Below are positions 14,115 through 26,419 of a DNA stretch of 64,000 nt, piece after piece (position 1 is the stretch's first letter; each line of letters starts with the position of its first letter). The notes beneath the pieces were generated by a model. The model made no database searches, was not told the origin of the DNA, and saw only the letters and a program-made list of their open reading frames with translations. The DNA comes from Octopus vulgaris (lineage: Eukaryota). Both the position numbers and the translations under genes were made by a program. The stretch lies in the NCBI GenBank assembly GCA_951406725.2, contig OX597825.1, forward strand, positions 50,344,001 through 50,408,000, read 5' to 3'.

Positions 14115-14860
14115 ATCATCATCATCATCATTATTTAGTGTTTGTTTTCCATGCTGGCATGGTTTGGATGGCTTGACAGGAACTAGTAAAGCCAGGGTCA
14201 GACCAGGTTGCACATATGTTCTGGCCTGGTTTCTACAGGAGTATGCCCTTCCTAATGCCACACACTCCATAGAGTGTACTGGGTTCTTTTTATGTGGCAC
14301 CATCACAGGTGCTTTTTAAGTGGCACTAGTGTTTTTTGTTAGACACCTTGGTTTTAAGATCTCAATTTTGTTGTGGTGGGAAGGTCTTTTCAAGTATAGC
14401 AATATGCCATATATCTCAGTCCTCTGTCATCACCATTGTAGGGTTCGGTGCTTTGAGATCTGCCTTCAAAACTTTGCCTGAAAGACTTCCTGGGTCTCCC
14501 TCTTCCACAACTTCCCTCAACTTCAAGTGATTGGCACTTCTTTATGCAACTATCCTCATCCATCCACATCACATGACCAAACAAGCACAGTCTCCTCTCT
14601 TTCACACTGCATATAATTCCTTTCACACCCAAATTCTTCCTCAATACATCAATGCTCTGTCACACAAGTACACTGACATCACACATCCAACAGAGCATAC
14701 CAGCTTCATTCCTCTCCAGTCTTAGCATGTCCTCCACAATCAGGGCCTACCACACACAATCACAGTTCATACACATGCATCATACAATCGTACCTACATT
14801 CAGATAGAGAGACCTTTCTGAACTTTTTCCATCCTATTCTTATTCTCTAGGTGACATTAA
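14115..14860 (-). mobile_element. RTE-clade LINE, 3' fragment
   Basis: ERRLCLFGHVMWMDEDSCIKKCQSLEVEGSCGRGRPRK C-terminus, 3' UTR and (GAT)n tail related to 54493-56664. Confidence 0.85.
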
Positions 14861-14980
14861 AGAATCTGCATGGCATTTTATTCTTGTGTTCTAACAATTC
14901 TGCCAGCTCACCTTACATACCAGCTGTTTATCTAAAAAAAAAAATTATCATCATACAATATTTTTGTTGTACTGCATACA

Positions 14981-15010
<30 letters not shown>

Positions 15011-15012
<2 letters not shown>

Positions 15013-15564
15013 GTGGGAGAGCAACACATGCCACCAAAGTGACACTAGGGTAAAACATACGAAGCCCAGTATACCCATCATGACTACCTGTCTGATAAGG
15101 ATACACCAGGAACATGCACCACAACTATATGTGTGACATGGTGATTTCATATCAAGATAAACAGTCCATGACCTTGCAAGTGGGGCTCAGTTAGAATTTT
15201 CTTCAGGTCAAGTAGTCCATCCTGCTCAAAAGGTCCCTGAATAAGGATTGTTTAAGGGTGTTGAACAAAACAGCAATGTTTCCAGAGGTGAATTATTCAG
15301 AAGCCAGAGAATTCCTCTTAACAAATGGCTATGATGCTCCTCCACTATTTCTGCTCATGATCAGAGATGTACATATCATCAGCCACCAAAGGGCGTGCTC
15401 AACTGATTATGGTCAAACAAATGATAAACAAATCTGTGATATTGAGCAGAACATTTGCTGTAGCCCATCTTTTGTATCAAAACAAAACATATACATGATA
15501 ACATTTCCAATCAGTTAAGATCATAAGCCATGAGAGCCAATGCCTGGAACTGCATCAGAGCATT
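15011..15564 (-). mobile_element. about 550-bp non-coding element flanked on both sides by (AAT)n
   Basis: Reverse-complement homolog at 61803-62124 with the same ends; both copies sit in AAT tracts. Confidence 0.7.
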
Positions 15565-16895
15565 GATTATTATTATTGTTATCATTATTTATTATTATTA
15601 TTATTATTATTATTTATTATTATTATTATATCATCATCATTATTATCATTATTATTTCATATAATTGATGGCAGGATTAACACAATTGGAGAAATTTATT
15701 AACACACAAATTATGTGGGTGTTTGTGTGCGCATATGTGCATTTGTGTGTGTTCACATGTTAGTGTACATCTATATGTGTGTGTATTTTTGCATATTATG
15801 TGCACCCCCACCATTAATCTATATCCATGTTAATCTGTGAAATTAACCTAATCTCATCCACACTACCATCATCGATTAAACCTGAAATACGAATGAGTAA
15901 TCTACAGACATAACTGTTAGGATGTATGTCACTAAGTAAATATGAGAAAAATATTAAATAACCCGCAGTACCAATATACCAATGTCAGATTTAGGTTAAA
16001 AGGGCTGATGAAGAAGACCTTACCAAATTCTTCAAGAACCATTTGAGCTGCAAGATAAAACTTACTTTTCATCTTCATGGGGTTGATAACACAAAGTGCT
16101 AGTTGAATACTGGGGTTAATTTGATACTGTATATTCTACCCTGAGATGGTGAAAAATCGAAGTGGTGAAAGCATCAGAAGGAAAGCCTTGCAATATTTAC
16201 TCATGCTCTTTGTGTCCCTTCTTCAAATACCACCAAGTTTAAACTATGCTTTTTAACCTTTTAACCCCGTAATGGATCAGTTATTTTGACAAGGCGTTTC
16301 ATTTCAGAGCATAGTCTTTTATTTCCTTTTTTAATTACATACACTGTGTTAATTACAAAAAAAAAAAAAGTTTTTCATCTTCTTTCCTTTATTTTTTATT
16401 ATAGAAATTGAAATGTACTTTCACTCATTTGGATTTAAACGAGTTAACTCGAACATTGAAAAAATACATACAACTTAGCTATCTTCGATTTTTTATAAGA
16501 TGTACTGCTTTTAAGTCAAAGGAAATTTTTTTTAAAACAGTTTATTTAGAACGATAATTTTTAAAACAAGAAGGACAGTTGTCTAAAACACTGCATTTTT
16601 CACTTGTCACAGATAATCAACAAATACAGTTGCAGCTCAGGACAACTGATATGCAGAATTGTTAGTGCATAGGATGAGATGTCCATTGGAAGTTGTTTGT
16701 TCAATTGCTTTTTATCAAGAGTTTAAATTCCACCTTGGAATTGGAACTCATAACAATGAGCAGGATTAATCGCTTAACCTACGGCAGATAATGGAAGCTG
16801 ATATAGTGGGAGAGGTTTTCTGCTGAACAATGATGATGATGATGATGACACTGATGATGACTCTCATGACGTGAATTTCCTTCATTATGATATTA

Positions 16896-16926
<31 letters not shown>

Positions 16927-16967
16927 CATTATTATTATTATTAATATTATTATGTAATGCAGAATTA

Positions 16968-17155
16968 TTAGCACACCAGATGAGATGCTTAGTGGCATAT
17001 TGCCAGTTTCCACATTCTGAGTTCCAGTTCTGCAAAGGTTGATTCTGCCCTTCATCCTTTCAGTGTTCATGAAATGAATACCATCTATGCACTAGGGTCA
17101 ATGTAATTCAGGGATTCTTTCTCTAAAATTTCAGGCCTTGAGCCTATAGTAGAAA
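16968..17155 (+). mobile_element. SINE family B
   Basis: gcagaattattagcac...gcttagtggcat...ttctgagttcc...ttcatcctttc...aaaatttcaggccttg. Confidence 0.65.
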
Positions 17156-17642
17156 GAACAATGATGATGATGATGATGATAATGAGCAAGAAGATGGAGA
17201 GGAAATTAAATCATGATAGAAGGAACAGGTTTATTGTTATGAAAGAGTAATAAAGGAGAGAGTAAAAGAGTGACAGTGTTGGGGAAGGGAATAATACAAG
17301 TGAAAGGGAAATAGTAGTATGAAGGGCTAGTGAGAGAGAAAGAGAAAGTGAGAAAGTCAGAGAATGATTAGGAAGGACAGTGATGATTCAAGGCTATGTA
17401 AATTTACCACTCAAGGGATCAAGTATTACAGCCTTGTATCTTTTCTCCCTCAAGAAGCACAGTTGTCTAAAACACTGCATTTTTCACTTGTCACAGATAA
17501 TCAACAAATAGAAGTGAGGTGCTTCTACATGTGCATGCATGAGTGTTAATGTATGCATGTCCAAGTGACACCAACTCATATCAGGATTTCTGACATGTAG
17601 AAGTGGCTGACTACAAGCACACACACATACGTATATGTAATA

Positions 17643-17675
<33 letters not shown>

Positions 17676-17916
17676 TTACATATATGAGTATTAGGTAATG
17701 TATGCATGTAAGTGTGAGTATAAATGTTTATATATATATAAACCAGCTTAGAGAAGAAGAAGAAACGAAACGAAACGAAACGAATCAAATCGAATCGACG
17801 CGAGGGTGCTCAGTCATACAATAGTGTAATAAATAAAATATATGCATACATACAAACATATATGTACGTACCTACATCTACATGTATATATACATGCATA
17901 TATAAATATATATATG

Positions 17917-18320
17917 TGTGTACAGGACACCACAAATAGACGTAGAACTCAACGAGAAACGAAAAAGTAAAAAGAGCATGGAATGGACCATTTTTTTAAT
18001 AACGAAAAAACAGAGTACAAGACAACTACACAAGGAAAAATCCCCTTCATCAGCTGTCCCTAGTTCAACTCCAGCGTGTTTCGAAGGTGAGGACAGAACA
18101 CGTCTCGTCGAACTAGTCCTTCCTGCGAAAGAATTAAATAAAATTCCTTTGCAGAGGGGTAAAAACAAGGAAAAAAATGTGACAAAAACAGGACGTAAAA
18201 ACAATACAATTAAAAACAAATACAAAAAATAAAAAATAAAATTACAAAAAATATAGTACAAGAAGGAATAGTAGCAGGACAGGAAAACAAATAATGAGGG
18301 CCTATAAGCCTAGACGAGGA
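17917..18320 (-). mobile_element. probable Penelope-like terminal-repeat fragment
   Basis: Flanked by (TA)n; minus strand has CTGATGA and ends tggtgtcctgtac, similar to 52800-52898. Confidence 0.4.
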
Positions 18321-18339
18321 AATATATATATATATATAT

Positions 18340-18523
18340 AGGGATAATTCACGAAAAAACAAAAGACAAACACAGGTGGTGTAAAACAAACAGATGTATT
18401 AGTATAACGTTCGGGAATTGAAAAAGTCTTTAACATTTCGAGCCTACACTCTTCCACAGAAAGGAACACAGCAAGGAATAAGGAGAGAAAAAAATGTGTG
18501 TAGTGGTTACCAATCTATCATGG
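18340..18523 (-). mobile_element. PLE terminal fragment with hammerhead-like motif
   Basis: Between (TA)n tracts; homologous to 51036-51215; motif at 18428-18463. Confidence 0.6.
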
Positions 18524-18574
18524 TGAATATATATATATATATACATACACATGCATACACGTTTATATATATTC

Positions 18575-18616
<42 letters not shown>

Positions 18617-18679
18617 TATAAAATATTAAACATATATATATAAAATATTAAACATATATATATAAAATATTAAAACAAA

Positions 18680-19597
18680 AGATTGGTCCTCCGAAAAGGA
18701 GAAGCAAAATTCCACTACGGCCGCTACCTTAAACAGTCACTCACACTGACGGAAATATGTCTTAGGGAAAAGGGAAAAAGATTTATAAAAAGATCTCTTC
18801 GAACAGATCTAATCCTGATGGACTGGCCACATATGATAGGGCTAAGGGTCAGACCCGACTCTGATTGGTCAACACATTGATGACGTCTCGTTCTGCTAGA
18901 CTGGCCACCTAACGGGATGATTGGTCAAAACAGTGATGACGTCCCGTTACGCAGGACTGGCCACCTAACAGGATACAGACAAGGGGCAGATCTAATACAG
19001 CTATAGGTCGGGATTGGTCAGAATATTGATGACGTCCCGTTCTGCTTGACTAGCCACCTAACGAAACGATTGGTCAAAACGTTGATGACGTCACGTTCCA
19101 CTGGACTGGCCACCTAACAGATGATATAAAACCCAAACAATTCACAAGGTTCGCCAGAACTGTCCAGCGGACACCGACCAAAAGTCATCACAGTGGCTCA
19201 CGGTAAAATCTAAAATGAATTCCTCGCTCTTTCAAGAACATCAATTCTTTATATTGACTGCATATCACCACTTTGAACTATTTTTTATATTGAATGCATA
19301 TCACCACTATGAACCACTGCATCATACTCTTTAAACATATAGCATGAACTCACTTCACTATATATGAACTTTTGATGTCTGCCTCTATTGTATATTATAA
19401 ATGAATTTTTTATATTTGATAGCATGAACTATCTTTTTTATATATAACTTTTTTTGATAAGGTTCATCATTTCAAGAACCGAAACATGTTAAATAAATAA
19501 TGTATATATAAAAATTAAAAATTTGTCAAATATAGCAGCATTTTCGAACTTCATTTTTTACAAATATATACCCACTCGTATACGAGCTAATCTTATT
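18680..19597 (+). mobile_element. Penelope-like 3' end plus pseudo-LTR
   Basis: LREKGKRFIKRSLRTDL resembles a PLE endonuclease C-terminus; followed by ATTGG/TGACGTC repeats, TATAAAA at 19125, and a decayed hammerhead at 19450-19495. Confidence 0.55.
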
Positions 19598-19624
19598 ATA
19601 AATATATATATATATATATATATA

Positions 19625-19851
19625 CTTTATTTAAAGCAGCAGAAAATTCAACAAAATCTGTTACTCTGAGTTTCTCGTTGCCGTTCATCAGACAGTTTTT
19701 GCTAGCAAAAACTGTCAGATGAACGGCAACGAGAAACTCAGAGTAACAGATTTTGTTGAATTTTCTGCTGCTTTAAATAAAGCATATTACTCTACCACTG
19801 GTATTTGAGTACTCTTTTTTCCACCTTGTTTCACATTTATGTGTTTACTCC
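19625..19851. mobile_element. fold-back element: 158-bp palindrome plus 69-bp tail, inside (TA)n
   Basis: Arms 19625-19703 and 19704-19782 differ at one position; CTGATGA..GAAAC on the minus strand of the left arm. Confidence 0.85.
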
Positions 19852-19883
<32 letters not shown>

Positions 19884-20237
19884 TATAAATATTATTACAT
19901 TACAATAATATTACTTTACAGCAAAATAAAGTAATATTATTACAGTAAAGGTAGAAATATAAATAGGAAATAGTGGCAAAAGATACCAATTTTTGCTGGA
20001 AACAGCAGTCGATAGTCATTGAACGCTAGCAGGATTAAACTTGAGCTAGCAAGATTAAACCTTGTGTCGTAAAGTAATCTACATTTTTTTACGAATTTTA
20101 TTCACTAAGTTTCTAATGGAAGTAGTTGGATGGGCTCTCTCTCAGGTTTACAGGTTTACCATTTTTATAGTGTTTGGCAGGAAACAATGTTTAAAACAAG
20201 TAAAAGATAAAACACATAACATAATATAATATTATAT

Positions 20238-20851
20238 ATCATCATCATCACCGTTAAACATCTGTTTTCCATGCTAGCATGGGTTGGACGGTTCGACCAG
20301 GTCTGGGAAGCCAGGAGGCTGCACCAGGCTCCAGTCTGATCTGGCAGTGTTTCTACAGCTGGATGCCCTTCCTAACACCAACCACTCCATGAGTGTAGTG
20401 GGTGCTTTTTACATGCCACCGGCACAGGTGCCAGGATAAACCTGGCAACGGCCACGATTCGTTGGGGATTTTTATGTGCCACTAGCACGGAAGCAAGTCA
20501 AGGCAGCGCTGGCATCGGCTACATTCAGATGGTGCTTTTTACGTGCCACCAGCACATATATCCAACTACAATTTCATTTTGATTTTTATTTGATATTGAT
20601 GTATTGACCCAATAGGTCTCCTGATGCACAGCAGGTTGCCCAATGATCCAAGGTAAGCACAGCAGGCCATTCTGCGATCCAAGTTACTTTGGATGGGCTG
20701 GTGCTGCTATGAGAAGTTGGGGCAAGAAACAGCCAAGAACTCCAGTTATTTGTTTGGTCTTCGCAGTCACAGCATATCTCCAGAGATCTCGGTCTTTCGT
20801 CATTGCCTCTGTGAGGCCTAACGTTCGAAGGTCATGCTTGACCATCTCATC

Positions 20852-20853
<2 letters not shown>
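20238..20853 (-). mobile_element. RTE LINE 3' end
   Basis: WDEMVKHDLRTLGLTEAMTKDRDLWRYAV, UTR motif array and (GAT)n tail; matches 56040-56664. Confidence 0.85.
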
Positions 20854-20886
<33 letters not shown>

Positions 20887-20952
20887 TGTATTCACACACA
20901 CACACACAGATAATATATAGAATATGATATACATCATACATATATATATATA

Positions 20953-21305
20953 AGCATAGGTATGACTGTGTGGTAAGATGCATGCTTCCCAACCACATGT
21001 GTCTAGGTTCAGTCCCATTGCGTGGCACCTTGGGCAAGAGTCTTCTACTATAACCTCAGGCTGACCCAAACCTTGTGAGTGGATTTGGTAGATGGAAACT
21101 TAAACGAGTATCTGTCTGCATCACCATCACTTGACAACCAATGTTGATGTCTTTACATCCCCATAACTTTGCGATTCAGCAAAAGAGACCAATAGAATAA
21201 ATACTACAATTACAAAGAATAAGTCCTGTGATCGATGTGTTTGACTAAAATCCTTTAAAGTGGTGCTCCAGCATGGCTGCAGTCAAATGACTGAAACAAG
21301 TAAAG
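20953..21305 (+). mobile_element. SINE family A
   Basis: Head ctgtgtggtaag...ggttcagtccc and the family tail. Confidence 0.8.
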
Positions 21306-21342
21306 GAAAGAGTATAACCTATATATATATTTACATATTTGC

Positions 21343-21743
21343 TCTTTTACTCTTTTACTTGTTTCAGTCATTTGACTACGGCCATGCTGGAGCACCGCCT
21401 TAAGTCGAGCAAATCGAACCCGGGACTTATTCTTTGTAAGCCCAGTACTTATTCTATCGGTCTCTTTTGCCGAACCGCTAAGTAACGGGGACGTAAACAC
21501 ACCAGCATCGGTTGTCAAGCAATGCTAGGGGGACAAACACACATACACACATATATATATATATATATATACATATATACGACAGGCTTCTTTCAGTTTC
21601 CGTCTACCAATTCCACTCACAAGGCATTGGTCGGCCCCGGGGCTATAGCAGAAGACACTTGCCCAAGATGCCACGCAGTGGGACTGAACCCGGAACCATG
21701 TGGTTTGTTAGCAAGCTACTTACCACACAGCCACTCCTGCGCC
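21343..21743 (-). mobile_element. SINE family A, young (CpG-rich) full copy
   Basis: Reverse complement of the whole family consensus, with CpGs retained. Confidence 0.85.
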
Positions 21744-21757
21744 TATATACAATATAC

Positions 21758-21806
<49 letters not shown>

Positions 21807-22859
21807 AAGAAAAAGAGAATGAGCGACTCAGAGACTTTTATGCTTTTGTTTGGATGGTCTCTCTCTCAGGTTTACAGGTTTACCATTGTTATAAGGTTTG
21901 GCTGGAAACAATGTTTATTGTGACATTTCTATAACAGACAGAAGAAACCAATGAAGCAAGAATTGTCACCATTTCTGTCTGACATGGCTGCAAATCTAAT
22001 TATCAATCTCCAAAATGGCTCAGTGATTAGCAATACAGACTACCTCTCCAAAAGTCTCACAACAGGAAATAGTCAAAAATAAGAGAATGTCAAAATCTTG
22101 TTTGATATATTTTTTCAATACCAAATTTTGCAGAACTATCCAACCCTTACCAGCAGAGTAAAATTGATTACAAGGGAAGTGGAAAGTTAAGAAGAAAGAA
22201 ATACTGAAAGAAAATTTTGATTTATCCATAGAAAATGTTTAAAATCTTTAAAAAATGGTAATATGAAGAGAGGAGAGAAAAAAATATGTCTAGTAAAAGC
22301 GCCATCATTTCTGTGTGTTGTTGCTGGTCTGAGATTTCAAAAAGCAAAACTAAGAGATGCCTATTAAATCATGCTGAGATAACTTATGAGAGAAAAACAA
22401 CAGGATATTCTATAAATATATACATAACAACGAGAAAGCCAACAACACAGTGAGACAATGTCGACAGTTGATATATCGAGAAGTTGGAGTCATAAAACAG
22501 ATGAATTATGGCAATAAATTCAGGGTTTAATATCTGTTAATGGAACATATAGGTGGATGAGAAAGATCTGTTTGTAGAAATAAAACAATGGAACTAAATG
22601 GATGAGGATGGGAAGGAGCAGGAAGAAGAGGCTGTTCAATAAACAGTTAAATATCAGTCCATCATTTTTAATAATCAATATCAATCATTATTCTTCTCCT
22701 CATCCTTGTTATCATCATAAACATCATCATTATATATTGTCACAAGTAGCACTGATCTCTTCAAAAGTAGCAATCTCATTTTTTAAACATTTTTCACCAT
22801 CCAAGGTGAGTTATGATGGCTGTAGTCTGAAGTTATCACTAAATAATTACCACAGTTAC

Positions 22860-23150
22860 TAACATAAAGTACCCACCTATAAATATTATGCATCCAGCTA
22901 TATAAAGTACCCAGATTTATAACAAAATACCCAGCTTCAGATATGATGTATTCAGTTATATATCTAGCTCTAAATATAACATATCGACTATAATTATAAT
23001 GTACCCAGCTATATAATATAAAGTACCAAACCACAAATATGCTATGACGTATCCAGCAACATAATGTCATGCACCCAACTCTCAATAAAACCACAATTTA
23101 CTCACTCAGCTATATAATGTAATGTACCCAGTTCAAAATACTGATCCATA
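22860..23150. repeat. degenerate minisatellite (tacccagctatata core)
   Basis: Many spaced gtacccag/atccagc units. Confidence 0.55.
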
Positions 23151-23917
23151 GCTATAGCTTCTTCTTTCTTCCATACACAGCAGTTTCAAAGATAATTAAG
23201 CAACAACATATGACCTATATAAAGCACAAAGACCAAGACTTCAAGGAAAGTAACATTGTTAATTTGTTTAAATATAACAGCCCTATTTCAAACATGGTAA
23301 TTCAACACTACACACAGCACACAAAGAAAAGTTCACTATATCATATGGCAATTAAAGAAAGGTCCAACTCACTACACAATACACCCTATCTATAACTTTA
23401 GAATTCACTAGTTGCACTTTAAACATGATATCTATTATTTTACAATTGCTGAACCTAAATGTATATAGCATGTATGTGCTTTACACAGTTCAATAAACAA
23501 ATAGTTCAGAAGCAGGTCTGTTATGCTGAACCCAAAGTTGACACATTAAAATGCTACATAGCATTAATAACTGTTTATCATCAGAAAACTGAAATGTATA
23601 TATAATCTAAACGGCACTCATAAAGCTACATGTGTAAACGTCAGTAAAAATGTTTGTCTAGAAAACAACAATGTTGACAAGACAATATTAATAACTTAAT
23701 AATGTTTATTACAGAAATATATGTATAACAAGGCTATGTTCCTAACTCTTCATTACTAGCAACATACAGACAGGCAAGAAGAAGACAGTATTAATAAACA
23801 TCAACAAAACGCATCTACACAGTAGCAGTACACATCTGCATAGTAACAATACACATCCACACTGTAGTTGTGCATAGCTATACACATCTACACACCGTAG
23901 ACTACATACAATATATA

Positions 23918-25166
23918 CAGGGTGCATAAGATATTTGAGAACATATTTATGTATATAAAAAAAAATAGATATATAATAACAGATAATAACTTTATTTATC
24001 AAAAAATGCTATGAGGATAAAAATAAACCCACTTTTCTATAATGTTATCCAATAAAGCCAACTTCACCCTCACCAACTGCTTCTATATGAGATCTAAGTC
24101 ATCTATATGGTTGAATCAAGTGGTCCTCATTCATTTTGGATATTACTCTGACTATGGCAGCTTTCATAGAATCTTTGGTGTTATGGGCATATTTATAGAC
24201 CTCTCTCAACAATGCTCTACATGTAATAGTCCAATGGATTGAGATATGGGGAATTAAGAAGCCAAATGATAGGGGTTATGTGATCATAAACATTTTCAAC
24301 CATCCATTCCTGTTTTACTAGAGCCATGTGTGATAGTGCAGAGTCTTACTGAAACACATATGGCCATCCATTGCACACACTGTCTATCCAGAGCTTAACA
24401 ATTATTTCCAAGACATCAATCTCAGCAGTAGAATTAACTCCAAGGCCTTGTGGAAAGAAGTAAGGAGACATCACATGTCCTTCATTGCTGACAACCCCTA
24501 AAACCATGATAGTTGCAGCAAATTGTGTATGCATAATGCTTGGAACTTCAGAAGGGTCTGCAAAACCATGTGTCATTTGTTCTGTTAACTTTTTGATCTT
24601 AGTTGAAGTTTTTCTCATTTGAGAAAAATCAAATCAATTCTTCTGCTGGATTTTTCAATTTGTTTAAGAATTTTTTAGATCTGAAGTAGTGATCTTCTTT
24701 TGCTTTTTCAGACAAACTGACCCTTCTTCATCATATAAGACTTATATCTGATGTCTTCATGGACAACATTTCTGACTGTTCCTTCTTACTGATGGAGATC
24801 TTTTGCAATTGAGCTCATGAACTTTCTGGGATTGTAATCAATGGTCTGTTGAACTTGCTGAATAAATCCAGGTGTTCTGATGATTTCAGAGAATTCAGAA
24901 TGTCTTTTATGCTTTGACACTGGTGATACGTTTCCATCTTTTATCTCTAGCTCCTTACAAACTTTGTAGACGAAAGATATGGCAACTTTTAAAATCGAAA
25001 TATTTGTAAATCTCTATGCTCAGCCTTTATAACTACAATAACAGCATGCCCCTTAATTTCTTGAGGGTCTGCCATTATTATTTTCTGAAACAAAGATTAT
25101 ACAGAGTTAGCAAAAAATGCAGCAATTACCCAAAACAGGTATGTTCTCAAATACATACACACTCTG
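23918..25166 (-). mobile_element. decayed Tc1/mariner element, maT (DD37D)-like
   Basis: Imperfect TIRs cagggtgcataagatatttgagaacat and atgttctcaaatacatacacactctg with TA flanks; minus-strand VLGVVSNEGHVMSPYFF...YVFQ*DSA and NSPYLNPLDY motifs. Confidence 0.8.
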
Positions 25167-26099
25167 TATATACAAATCCAAGAACAAAGAAACAAGAAAA
25201 AAAATAATGAAAGTCAATTGGACGAACACAGTGAATATAATAGACTGGAAAAATAGGAGTAGAAATGATGTTTCAAGCATGGGTCTTCATCAGATAGAGG
25301 AAGTCTAGGAAAGAGAAAAAGAGGAAGGATCAGATAGTCCTGGAAAAGCATGAGTGTCATCATATGGCCAAAAAATAACTATATATATTTATATATTTAC
25401 ACACAGTATCTACATGTATCTACACAAGATAATGAGGTCACATCTTACTGACACTGTCAGTTGTTCAATACACATAATGAATAATATTTAAGATCCTCAA
25501 GGTTTCTAATCTCCTTAAACTACATATTACTCCTTAAAACAGAAATTTAAAAAAATTTGGTGAAGAAATTTGAAGAGACCCTGGGACTATTTTCAGAAGA
25601 AAGTCATCAACCAAGGAACTATTTTCAGAACATAATCATCTAACCAATTTTACAACTTAGTGGCTGTTTAATGCAGCAAGGTTCCATCCTTTCAGAACCA
25701 CCCAAGAGTCTATTCTCCACATTTGCTTCCACTTATATAACATCAGCTTTTTCTATTGCATCTGTAGCTTTGCTGCTCAACTTGCTGGTTATTCTGAAGT
25801 AGATTGTTGTTAATCTGTAGGTCAGTCCTTATCAAACAAGCCTGTAATCAATGATATTCCAGCCATATTTATCCTGTAGTTTATTATTCCAACAATGTTT
25901 CCCTACCAAATTATCTTAACAAGGAGTGCCATTTGAGGAAAGATGACTTGCTTTTTAATAGCATGTTTTTAATAGCTTTTTAATAGCATGCTTCCTCATT
26001 GGCTCAGTATAAATTGTTACTCCTCTACAATATTTTGGTTGACCGGTTATTTTCAATAAAAAGCCATTATTATATTAGGTAGGTGCAACTGTTTGGTAA

Positions 26100-26410
26100 G
26101 AAGCTCTACTATAGCCTTGGAGTGACTAATATCTCATGAGTGGGTTTGGCGGATGGAAATTGAAAAGAGACCATCGTGTGTGTGTGTGTGTGCATGCATG
26201 TGTGTATGTTTCTGTTTCCCACCACTGCTTGACAACTAGCATTAGTTTGTTTATGTCACTATAGCCTAGCAGTTCAGCTAGAGACTAATAGAATAAATAC
26301 TAGGTTTGAAAACAAAAACTTAAGTCCTGGGGTTGATTCGTTCAACTAAATTTCTTCAAAATGGTGCTCCAGTATGGCCACAGTCTAACAAATGGAAAAA
26401 GCAAGCAATA
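26100..26410 (+). mobile_element. SINE family A, 5'-truncated
   Basis: ctactatagccttgg...(TG)n...ggtgctccagtatggccacagtc. Confidence 0.65.
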
Positions 26411-26419
26411 AAATATAAA

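Noticed and set aside
18042-18087. Permuted (type II) hammerhead on the minus strand, GAAAC before CTGATGA
   Set aside because: No UH triplet, and stems I and III are not credible by eye.
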